64,000 bases of DNA from Cyanophora paradoxa CCMP329 (lineage: Eukaryota > Plantae > Glaucophyta), in contig QPMI01000325.1 in NCBI GenBank assembly GCA_004431415.1, positions 2,355-66,354 on the forward strand, written 5' to 3'. How positions within the stretch are numbered: position 1 is the first letter of the stretch; the number at the start of each line of letters is the position of its first letter. The translations under genes were made by a program, and so were the position numbers. This document shows, piece after piece, positions 1-10,611 of this stretch. Under the pieces are notes generated by a model, which worked only from the letters and a program-made list of their open reading frames with translations, was not told where the DNA came from and did not search any database.

Positions 1-194
1 GAGGCGGTGGAGCAGCGGCAGCGGGAGGAGGAGGCGGTGATGGGGCGGTACCCGGACGAGGAGGTCGTGTACGTGCCCGCGGAGACCGAGTTCCCCGAGG
101 ACGCGCAGCTGCCCGGCGAGGAGATCGACTTTGGCGCCCTCGCCGCCCTCGCCGCCGCCCGTGCCGCCGCCGCCGACGCCGCCGCCGCCGCCCG

Positions 195-225
<31 letters not shown>

Positions 226-3200
226 GAGGGTGGCGGCAAGAAGGGGCGGAGGGGCGGTAAGAAGGGGGAGGATGCGGGGGAGGAGGGGTTCGAGGGGATG
301 CAGCTGCCGCGGCGGCACCTGGACGAGTTCGCGGTGTACGACGCCGACTTCTCGATGGTGCCCCTCGAGGCCCTCTTCCTCGACGACGACGCCCCCGCCC
401 TCGTCGAGATCTACGCCTCCGGCTTCGCCATGGCCCCCGCGCAGTGGGACCGCAAGGAGTCGGCCCAGCGCGCCGCCCGCGCCGGCCCCTCCCCCGGCCC
501 CGCCGCCGCCGGCTCCAGCAGCGCCCCCGGCTCCAGCTCTGGCGCCGCTGCCGGCTCCAGCTCTGCAGCAGGATCGAGCTCGGCCGCAGGATCCAGCTCT
601 GCGGCAGGATCGAGCGGCGCCGCGGGTTCCAGCTCGGCCGGGGGTTCCAGCTCGGCGGCGGGTTCCAGCTCGGCCGCGGGCTCCAGCTCGGCCGCGGGCT
701 CCAGCTCGGCCGCGGGCTCCAGCTCGGCCGCGGGCTCCAGCTCGGCCGCGGGCTCCAGCTCGGCCGCGGGCTCGAGTTCGGGGGCGGCCGGCTCGAGCGC
801 GGGGGCGTCGGCGGGGAGGCGGGCCGGGGAGGAGGAGGGGGCGGGTGCGGGGCTGGTGGAGGGGAGCGGGCGGCGGGTGTACCTGGGCCCCGTGACGGAG
901 CTCTACTTCGACATCATCTCGGTGGAGGCGGACGCCGTCCCCGCCCTCGTGCTCCGCACGGGCTGCGCCGAGTACGCGCTCGAGAGCCCCGCCCTCGAGT
1001 ACTCCGACTTCTTCGGGCCCGTCCTCCGCAAGCGCAACCTCGCATGGCGCATCATCGCCCGCCTCCGCGAGGAGTCCCGCGCCTCCAAAGTCAGGTCCGC
1101 CCCGCGCCCCCGCGCCGCCCCGGCCGCGCCGCGCGCGAGAGGCGGCGCAGCTTCGACGAGATCGTGCGGGAGATTGCCAAGGAGCCCATCTCCTCCCCGC
1201 ACTTCATGCCCGCCACCCCCGCCCGCCCCGCCCCGGGCCCCGCCCCGCCCCTGAGGCCGCCGCAGCGGGAAGAAGCCGGAGAAGGTGGCGGCGGCGATCG
1301 TGCAGGCGGGGGTCTTCATCCTGCGCATGATCGAGAAGCTGGTGGAGCTCGTGCAGGTGACGTTCGGCTCGAGCGACCTCAACTTCCTCCGCTCCTGCTC
1401 CTTCGTCGCCGCCCTGCGCACCAAGATCCGGGAGCGGGAGGCGGCCGGGCCCTCCGCGCGCCTCGTCGAGCGCTACCGGGCGCTCCGCGAGCTGGCGCGC
1501 ACGCAGCCGGGCCTCCTGCGGCGCGGCGGCCTGCGCATGCCGCGGGGCGCCAAGGTCGCCAAGGGGCCCACCAAGGCCACCGTCACGCCCCTCGTCGGCG
1601 CTATCTGGAACGACACCATCTTCACCTCCCAGACCCTCAACCTGCCCGCCGACGGCGCCGGGCCGGGGGGCGGGCAGGCCGAGGTCGACCCCGACGCAGT
1701 GCGCGCCCCCGAGGACCGCGAGGAGGAGGACGAGGAGGAGGAGGAGGAGAAGCCCGCGCAGGCCCCCAAGACCCGCTCCAACGCCGGCGTGCGCGCCCCG
1801 GGCCCCCGCGGGGTCGGCGAGGCGCTGAGGGGGCGGCAGCGGGGGGAGGCGCCGAGCACGGGGCGGGTCCGCGAGGGCTCCACCATCCGCTGGGAGGGCG
1901 AGCCCCTGGGGACCGTCGACGGCCGCACGTACTACTCGTGCGCCCCCGCCTTCCCCGCGGGCCCCGGGGGCCAGCGGTGCTGATGCCCGGGCAGGGCGGC
2001 GCGGGTCGGGGGCGTGCTGGTGCGCCCGCAGGAGACGTACCTGCGCTTCAAGCCGGCGGAGGGGGAGGTGCCGCTGCGGGAGGGGGCGGAGAAGGTGCCG
2101 GACTACATCGGGCGGGTGGCGGCGCTCTGGGAGGGGCGCTCGGCGGAGGGCGCGCGGGACAAGTTCGCCTTCGTCCAGTGGCTCTACCGCGGCGTCGACA
2201 CCATCCTCGGCGACTTCTCGTCCGCCCGCCCCGCCCCGCCCCGCCCCGCCCTGGCGCGGGGCCCACGGAGGGGGGCAGCGACCCCCGCGTCCTCTTCCTC
2301 TCCACGCACTGGAGCGAGAACTCGCTGAGCTGCATCGCGGGGCCCGCCGAGGTGCGCGTCGGCGAGGAGCCCGAGGGCGTCGAGAGCGTCACCGGCGCCG
2401 CCGGCACCGCCCGCGAGGAGCCCTCCGTCTTCTTCATGTCCAAGTGCGCCCCGCTGAAGCGAGAGGCGCCGGCCGCGCCGACGCGGCGGGCGGCAGGATG
2501 TACCGCCCCTTCACGCCCTGCTTCACGGACCTGCCGACGGAGAAGCCGCCGGCGACGGCCGCCTCCGCGCACGCCTTCTGCGTCCAGTGCGGCGCCCGCC
2601 TCCCTCCGCGCACGGGGCGGCGGCTGAGGCGGGGCAGGACGAGCGCGATGCAGGCGCTGCGGAAGAGCGGGGAGCTGCAGGTGGACTGGGACGACGAGGA
2701 CGCGCTGCCGGCCGATAAGAAGGCCAAGGGCGCCCGCCAGTACTCCCGCATCATGGTCACCCGGTGGGACCACCGCGCCGACGCCCTCGAGACGTGCCCG
2801 CCCCCCGCCCCCCGCCCCCTCGGGGGCCCACGCCGGCGCAGGACGGCCTTTTCGGTGGGGGACTGCTGCTACCTGCACCCGGACGCGCACGCGTTCGAGT
2901 ACCCGCGGGCGCTGGAGGTGCCGGACACGAGCCACCGGGTGCAGTACGGCGGCCGCAAGTCTCAGTTCATCAAGGGCTCCGCCGGCTGCGCCCCGCCCTT
3001 CGTCGTCGCCCAGATCCTCGCCTTCCACCGCGTCCGCCCCGCCCCCCCGCCCCCCCGCCTCCCCGGTGCGGGGCGCGGGTGACGGGGCGCAGGGGGCGGG
3101 GGAGGAGGGCGAGCTGCGCGTGCGCCTCTTCTACCGCCCCGAGAACACCCACGAGGAGCGCGCCCTCGCCTACTCCTCCCCCTTCCGCGTCCGCACCGCC

Positions 3201-5231
3201 CCGCCCGCCCGCCCGCCCGCCGCCCGCCCGGCCGCCCGGCGTTGCTGACGGGCGGCAGCTGCTCTTCTGGAGCGGGGAGGAGGCGACGGTGGGGGTGGAG
3301 CACCTACGGGGCTCCTGCATGGTGGCCCGCAAGGACGCCGAGATCTTCGACCTCGACGCCTTCCTCGCGTGCGCCCCGGGCCCCGCCCCGCCCCGTCCCC
3401 GCCCGCCCGGCCTGAGCCGGCGCAGCGGGGAGGACCGCTTCTACTACGAGCAGGCGTACGACCCCAAGGCGAAGAAGTTCGGGCCCGTCCCCGCCGGCGT
3501 CAAGACCTCCCGGCCCCTCCCCGCCGCCCCCGGTGGCGAGGCGCAGGGGGCCGGCAAGGGCAAGGGCAAGGGGAAGGAGAAGGAGGCGCGCGCGGAGGCG
3601 AAGGAGGCCGCTGCCCCCGCGCGGCTGGCGGCGATGGACATCTTCGCGGGGTGCGGGGGCCTCTCGTGGGGCCTCGAGCAGGCGGGGGTCATCGAGACCA
3701 AGTGGGCGGTGGACATGAGCGAGCAGGCCCTCGCCGCCTTCCGCACCAACCACCCCGCCGCCGCCACCTTCACCGAGGACTGCAACGGCGCGCCCCGCCC
3801 CGCCGCAGCCCCGCCCCGCCCCCCTCACCGCCCCGCAGAGCTCCTCATGAAGGCGATGAACGGCCAGGCCGACCCGCGCTTCCCCAAGAAGGGCGAGGCG
3901 CGCCCCGCCCCGCCCCTCCGCCTTCCCTCGACGCTGACGGCCGGCGGCAGGTGGGGATGCTCATCGGGGGGCCCCCGTGCCAGGGGTATAGCGGGATGAA
4001 CCGGTTCGCGGAGCGGGAGCGGGCGGCGCTGCTGAACTCGCTGGTGGTCTCGTACCTCTCGTTCTGCGACTTCTACCGGCCGCGCTTCTTCCTGCTGGAG
4101 AACGTGAAGACCTTCGTGGACAAGTACAAGGGGGCCGTCCTGAAGCTCTGCCTCCGCACCCTCACGGCGATGGGCTACCAGTGCCGCTTCGGCATCCTCC
4201 AGGCCGGCAGCTACGGCGTGCCCCAGTCGCGCCGCCGCCTCTTCATCCTCGCCGCCCTCCCGGGCGAGCGCCTGCCCGCCTTCCCCGAGCCCCTCCACGT
4301 CTTCCCCCGCGCCGACTCCCAGGCCCGCGCGCCGCCCCCGCCCCTCCCCCGCCGCCGGGGCGAGCGGGGCGGCGCAGATCGCGATGAACCTGCGGATGTA
4401 CGACGGGAGCGCGTTGCGGTTCGTGGCGGTGCGGCGGACGGAGTCGGCGCCGCTGCGGGCGGTGACGGTGCGGGACGCGATCGAGGACCTGCCGCCCGTG
4501 CGCCTCGGCGCGGCCGAGGTCGAGCTGCCCTACGCCGCCGCCCTCGTCAACGACTACCAGCGGCGCATGCGCGCGGGGGCGGCCCCCGCGCTGCTCTACG
4601 AGCACGTGGTGAAGGCGATCCGGGACGAGATCGTCGTGGTGCGCATCCAGCGCATCCCGAAGCGCCGCGGGGCCGACTGGCGCGACCTCCCCGACATCAA
4701 GGCCCGCCCCGCCCCCGCGCCCCGCCCCGCGCGCCCCGCGCCCCGGCCTGACGCCCCGCAGGTGATCCTCTCCGACGGCAAGACCGACGACCTCATCCCC
4801 TTCTGCCTCCCCGTGCGCCCCGCGCCCCCGCGCGCCGCGCCGCGCGCCGCTGAGGGGCGGGGGCGGGGCGCAGAACACGGCGGCGCGGCACAACGCGTGG
4901 GCGGGGCTGTACGGGCGGCTGGACCCCGAGGGCCAGTTCTCGACCATCACGACGGAGCCGAACCCGCTCGCCAAGGCCGGCCTCGCCCTCCACCCCACCC
5001 AGGACCGCATCATCTCCGTCCGCGAGTGCGCCCGCGCCCAGGGCTTCCCCGACTGCTTCCGCTTCGCCGGCGCCGTCGGCGACAAGTACCGCCAGGCCCG
5101 CCCCCGGCCCGCCCCCGCCCGCCCCGCGCCCTCACGCCCCGCAGATCGGCAATGCCGTGCCGCCGCCCCTGGGGCAGGCCATCGGCCTCGAAATCAAGAA
5201 GGCCCTCCTCCCCAGCTCCAAGAAGCTCTAG
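1..5231 (+). CDS. DNMT1: DNA (cytosine-5) methyltransferase 1 (DNMT1/MET1); likely 5'-partial, 17 inferred introns
   Basis: Spliced translation gives an RFTS-like segment ([18 protein letters not shown]), [12 protein letters not shown], two BAH-like regions and a GKGKGKGK linker. C5-MTase motifs follow: [67 protein letters not shown]. Stop TAG at 5229-5231. Confidence 0.96.
511..800 (+). repeat. Coding 18-bp tandem repeat (ggctccagctcggccgcg)n encoding (GSSSAA)n
   Basis: About 15 near-identical units are directly visible in the first DNMT1 exon. Confidence 0.9.
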
Positions 5232-5645
5232 CTAGCCTGCGGGGCGCTCTCAGCCGTACCCGCCGCCCAGGCGCGCGGGAGCTAGCGCTTGTCAATTCAG
5301 AATCGAATTTTGCAGAATTTCCTGCGTTCGCAGGGGAAAGAGAGAAACGGGAGTACACTATTCCTACCCACTTGCTTCCTAGCCTCGAAGAGCGGCTTCT
5401 GGCAATCAGAATAGCGTCATCGGTACACGCGCACGAGACAACCTCTCTGTGTGCGTAGCGCCGGGAGAGAGAGCCAGATATAGACACCCGTCCTAGAAAG
5501 CTCATCGAGCCTTCTTAACGATGTGAAAGGAGGCTCGACTGCTCCGCCGGGAGCTCGACTGATCCGCGGCCGCGCGCAGCAAACGTTTGCGCGGTTCGGG
5601 GATACTCGCTGCGAGCGGCGGCTTTAGCCAGCTAGCACATCGACG

Positions 5646-6296
5646 ATGCCGCACTACGAGAACCAGACGTACTCGGATTACAAGGTCAGTCCCCGGCCCC
5701 CCTCTTGTGTTTCGCCGGCGCCGGCCTCGAGCTCAGCCATGCCAGGTCGGAGTCGGCAAGGAGCGCCACATGCACGAGATTCTTCACGGGAGGGACACGT
5801 CATGGCTCAAGTGAGTCGTCGACCTGCTTCGCACGCCAGCGCGCTGGTACACGGAGCTGACGCCCCGCGCAGGACTGCTGTACCGCCTGGTGCGGCAGCG
5901 CGCGGCGGCCGCACGCCCAAGGCCGCCGGCGGGGGCTCACGCGCCGGCGCAGGCTGGAAGATCTCGCCGGCGACCAAGGCGCACGCGGTGGACACGACGC
6001 GCCCGAACTTCGCGCTGAAGCCGCCCCCGGAGCCGCAGCCGCGCTCCCCCGCGCCCGGCGACGGCGAGCCGGTCGACGACACGGTGCGCCGCCTGGGACC
6101 GCCCCTGCCGCCGCCCCCGCCGCCCCCGCGGCCGCGCTGCAGCTGGGCGGGGCCGACGTGCGCGCAGCCGCTGTTCCGGACGGTGGCGGACCGGCGGACG
6201 TTCAAGCCGACGCCGGAGGAGCAGATGTACCTCTCCCTCGCCATCGGCTCCAAGCGCCGCCTCGACGGCGGCTTCTACGGCTTCAAGGCCCAGTAG
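5646..6296 (+). CDS. Small hypothetical protein (~125 aa, 4 introns)
   Basis: Removing four GT-AG introns gives MPHYENQTYSDYKVGVGKERHMHEILHGRDTSWLK...GSKRRLDGGFYGFKAQ. No family recognised. Confidence 0.6.
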   Translation: MPHYENQTYSDYKVSPRPPSCVSPAPASSSAMPGRSRQGAPHARDSSREGHVMAQVSRRPASHASALVHGADAPRRTAVPPGAAARGGRTPKAAGGGSRAGAGWKISPATKAHAVDTTRPNFALKPPPEPQPRSPAPGDGEPVDDTVRRLGPPLPPPPPPPRPRCSWAGPTCAQPLFRTVADRRTFKPTPEEQMYLSLAIGSKRRLDGGFYGFKAQ

Positions 6297-6620
6297 CACC
6301 CCGCCCCGCCCCGCCCCGTCCCGTCCCGTCCGCCCGACCCGCGCGCGGAGCCTTGGAGCCCGTCGCCTCCTCGTCGCATTGGGGCACGCGTGCGGCTGCG
6401 GAGCGCGGCGCCAGAGAGCAGGAAATTACACACACGCACACACACGCTAGCTAGAATAATATGAACCCAATACATAAGATCAGGAGCCTGCGCCGCGAGT
6501 CAAAGAAGCTTCTAGATCTAGAGGCGCGATGGATATCCGAGCGAAAGCATAAGAAAAGCGCTGGTCGCGGCAGCGTGAAATGGAAAGGGGCGCCGTGGCC
6601 CGGCGGCATGCGCAGCGCGG

Positions 6621-9600
6621 TCACTCGGCGGCGAGGGCCGGGGCGGCGCTGGGGGAGAGCGAGGACTCGCGGGCCGGGGCGGGCGGGGCACGGAAGGATG
6701 TGCGGAGGGCGGAGAGGGCCCTTTTAAAGCGGGCGGAGCGCTCGCCCGGGGGCGTCGAGGCGGGGTCGAGGCCGGAGGGGCGGCGGGTGGGGAGCGGGAG
6801 GAGGGCGGCGGGGCGGGCCCCGGGGGTGCCGGGGCTCGGGGTGCCCCCCGAGGCGGGGCTCCCCGGCCCTCCGAGACCTCCAGCGGGGCGAGGCCGGGCG
6901 GGGAGCCGCGCGCCCCCCACGGGCGCCCCGGCGGCGTCCCCGCGGGGGAGCCGCTCTCGGCGCGCGCGAGGGGCGACTCGCGCCGAGGGCGGGGCTCGCG
7001 GGGCGCTCGAGCGGGGGCAGGGCGGCCAGGGAGCCCGAGCGGCCGGCGAGGAAGGCGAGGCCGCCGCCCCCGGCCCCCGGGAGAGGGCGGCGAGGTCGGG
7101 GCCGGCGACGCGCGTGCCCCGCGCCCCCTCCAGCAGCGCCCCCGGCGGCCCCGCCGCCGCCGCCTCGCCGCCGCCGCCGCCTCGACGTCCCTGCCGGCGC
7201 TCAGCGCCGCGGTGGGGCCGGGGAGGAGGGCGGAGCGCACGACGCGGCGCCGTGGGCGAGGCTGGGGGCGGACGCGGGGGCCCGCCCTGAGGTCCGCTCG
7301 GCGAGCCGCCGCGCGGCTTTGAAGCTCATCCGGTGCAGGCTGAAGCTCTGCGCCCGCCTCTCCAGGCCCCCCCGCCCCCCGTCCTCCGACACGTACCCCT
7401 GCGCACCCGTGGGCGGGGGGCGGGGCCGGAGCGGGGCCGGGGGACGCACGCTGGGGGTGGAGGGGACGGCGAGGGTGGAGGAGGCGCGGAGGAGCGGGGG
7501 CGGGGCCGGGGCGGGGCCCGGGGCGGGCGGCTCGGGCTCGGCGAGCAGCGGGGGCCGCCCGACCTCGATCTTGAGGCTGCCGCCCGAGGGGGGCCCCTTG
7601 AGGCTGCCCCCGGAGGAGGGGCCCTTCAGGCTGCCCCCGGAGCGAGGCCCCGTTGCCGACAGCAGCGCCCCCAGCCCCCCAGCGCCTCCCCCGCGCCCGC
7701 TCCGGCCCGGCCCTGGCCCCCGCGGCGGGGGCGGAGCGGGCGGCGAGGGAGGCGGCGATGGAGGCGAGGGGGTCGCGGGCGGGGCCGGCGGCCCGGGCGT
7801 CGGCGCGGCGGCGGCGGAGACGGCGGAGAGGCGGCGGGAGGCCTCCGCGAGGGCCGCCTCCACGCCCCCTGCCCCGCGCTGCGGCGCCCCCGCGCCGGCG
7901 GCGGCGGGGCGCTCCTCGGCGGGGGCGGCGTGCGGGCTCGAGCGCGCCTCGGCGAGGCGACGGGCGGCCTTGCGGGGCCCCCGCGAGGCACCCCTGCGGG
8001 AGGTCGCTGTAGTACCCGACCTCCTCCTCCACCGCCGCCAGCAGGCCCCGGGCCCCCCGCGGCGGCCGCCGGGCCGACGGGGCGGAAGAAGAAGCTCTTC
8101 TGGTGGGCGAGGGCGGCGGCCATGCCGCGGAAGGCCGCCCCGCCGGCCTCGCCGCGCCGGCGGCCGGCCTCCTCGCCCTCGTCGTCGTCGTCGTCGGTGC
8201 CGGGGGCGCCTCGGCCTCGGCCTCGCGGCGCAGGCGGGCCTTCACGGCGCCCTCCCCCGCCTTCCCCCGCCACGACCGCGACCGCGGCATCCGAGACGCC
8301 CCCGCGGGGGGCCCGCCGCCGCCGCCGGCGCCACCCCGCGGGTGGGGCCGGGGCGGCGTCGCGCCCCGTGCCGAGGAGCTGCGACTGTGCGAGCTCGCTC
8401 GCCTCGAGCACCGCCCGCAGCAGCCGCCCCAGCGCCGCCCCGAGCTCTGCCTCGCCCCGTCAGCGCGGCGGGGCGCGGCGGGCGGGGCGGGGCGGGACCG
8501 GCGCGGGCGGCGTCGCAGTCGAGTGTGAAGAGGACGGCGGGGCCGGCGGCGAGCGCCCGGCGCACGATGCGGTCCGCCGCGCTCTGCGCGTCGAGCCAGC
8601 GGGGCCAGAGGGCCTCGCCCGGGCCGGCGCGCGTGAGGCGCTCGCCGGGAGGCGCGGGGTGGCGGGGATGGAGGGCCCGGCGGGGTCGTCGGGGAGGGTG
8701 TCGGGGCCGGGGCGTAGTGGAGGCGAGGGCGCCGTCGAGGAGGAAGTGGAGGGGCCGAGCGCCGCGCCGGCCGCGAGGAGCGGCTCCAGGGCGGCGTCCT
8801 CGGGGGCGGCGGCGCGGGGCCGCGCCTCGAGGGCCCCCGCGTAGAGCTGCTCCCCGTCCCGCAGCAGCCGCCGCGCCCCCGCCCCGCCAGCGCCCGCAGC
8901 TCCCGCCCCGTTGCGTCCAGCAGCCCTGGCACCGTCTGCCCCCGTGGCCCGTGAGCCGCCGGGTGCCGGCGTGGGGAGCGGGGCGGGGGGCGGGCGGACG
9001 GCGAGGAAGTCGGTGACGCGGGAGAGGTCGCCGGCGCGCTTGGCCTCGCGGGCGCGGCGCCAGGCGGCGTGCGGGTGGACCAGCAGGCGGGTCCCCTCCG
9101 CGGCGCTCACCGCCGAGAAAGCGCGGGGCCCCGGCTCGAGGGCCGCCGCCACGCCGAACGCCGAGCCGCCTTGCAGCGTCTCCTTCAGCCCGGGCGCCCC
9201 CGCCGCCCCCGGCCACGAGACCTCCACCGCCCCTGCGCGTCCCCCGCCGCCTGAGCCGCGGCCGCCAAAGCGCGCGCGGCGACGGCGGCCGAGGGCCGGT
9301 GCACCGGAGAGGACTTGGAAGCAGGCGTCGCCGTGGTCGCCGCACACAAAGACGGCGCTGCGGGCCCCGCAGCTCTGCAGCGTCAGCTCCCGGCACACGC
9401 CGTCCATCAGCGCCGTGTCCTCCTCCAGCGCATCCCCTGCGCGCCCCGCCCGCGGTGAGCCAGCGCCGGTGGCGGCGGCGAGGGGCAGCGGCTCGCCCAG
9501 AGGAGTGATCGAGACCCATGGCCGCAGGGCGGCGATGTCCTCTGCCGTGCGCTGCGCTCCGCTGCGCCCCGCCGGCGTCAGCGGCGATCGCAAAGGCAGC

Positions 9601-9719
9601 AGCTTTGGCGGATTGAGGCCGCACTCTTTAGCCGCGGCGCTAGCTGCCGCCGCTGCGGCCGCCGGCTCCAGAAGCCTACGGCATCGATCTCCTTCGGCCG
9701 CAATCACATCCGCGCTCAT
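6621..9719 (-). CDS. Cyclic nucleotide-binding domain protein (degenerate) with long low-complexity C-terminus
   Basis: RTAEDI..VCRELTLQSCGARSAVFVCGDHGDACFQVLSGAVEV..LQGGSAFGVAAALEPGPRAFSAV fits the CNB beta-barrel pattern. The downstream exon structure is uncertain. Confidence 0.65.
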
Positions 9720-10611
9720 TGCGGCCGATCTTGCAGGCCTTCGCCCGGGACGCTCTTTCGTAGCAGCCTACAGCTGGGAGAAACCGACGCTCATGGCCAC
9801 AACCGCAACGGCCGCGCTACTCGCCGTCGTTCGATCCCCTTCAGGTTCTCTGCAGCGCAGCTGATGAACTTCACCGCCGAACGCAGCCGCGGCGCGAACT
9901 CGAAGGGAGGGCGCGGTGGCCGCCGGTGGGGCGAAGCGGGCTGCAGTGACTTTCGAGGCTTTACCCCCCTGGAAAAAAGGGATCGTTTGAATTCGTTTCG
10001 CGAAAGTCGGTCCAGTCGCGCGCTCCTTGAACGGTCGTGTGCTCGACAGTGTCGACACTGCGTGTGCGTGTTCGAGAGGCTCCGACTCCGTTTTCGCAGC
10101 AATTTTCGCGCTTGCCGGCCGCCGGCGCCGCGCGCGCCACGGCCCACAGGCCGGGTTCGATCGCGACGGCCCGCGCGCGCGCGGGCGGTCGCGCAAACAG
10201 CGCGCGCGCGCGCGCGCGCCGCGGCTGCGGCCTGCGCCTGCGGCTGGGCCGCGAGCGCATCGCGCAGTGTGCACTGCGGCCGCGGGCATGCGGTAACTGC
10301 AGCCGGCGCCCGCCGCGCATGCGTATTGCGCATGATTGCCGCAGTGCGCAAGTCACTGAGTGAGCGCCGATCATGAGCACGGCAGCTGCGGCACTGAAGT
10401 GCATGCCGCGTTTGAATCCAGTTTCCAGTTTCATGATGATCAAGTGTTCGAAGTCCGGATCGCCTAGCTCAAAAAGCTTGGCGACTCCGAGGCTCGGGGC
10501 TCGCAGATCGGAGCTCGAATTCGAAGTTCTGCGGCTCGGCTGCTCGCCAGCGGGAGCCTTGGAGAAGCTCGAAGACTCGACTCGGGGGGTAGGGCGGCTA
10601 TGTACAAGGGG

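Noticed and set aside
1096-5144. Introns as an introner (mobile intron) family
   Set aside because: They share low-complexity composition, but no alignable unique sequence, terminal inverted repeats or target-site duplications are visible.
9979-9992. 14-mer GGGATCGTTTGAAT shared with 32061-32074
   Set aside because: Several 14-mer matches are expected by chance in 64 kb.
10170-10220. (CG)n run as a functional Z-DNA element
   Set aside because: Such runs are unremarkable at this GC content, and there is no other support.
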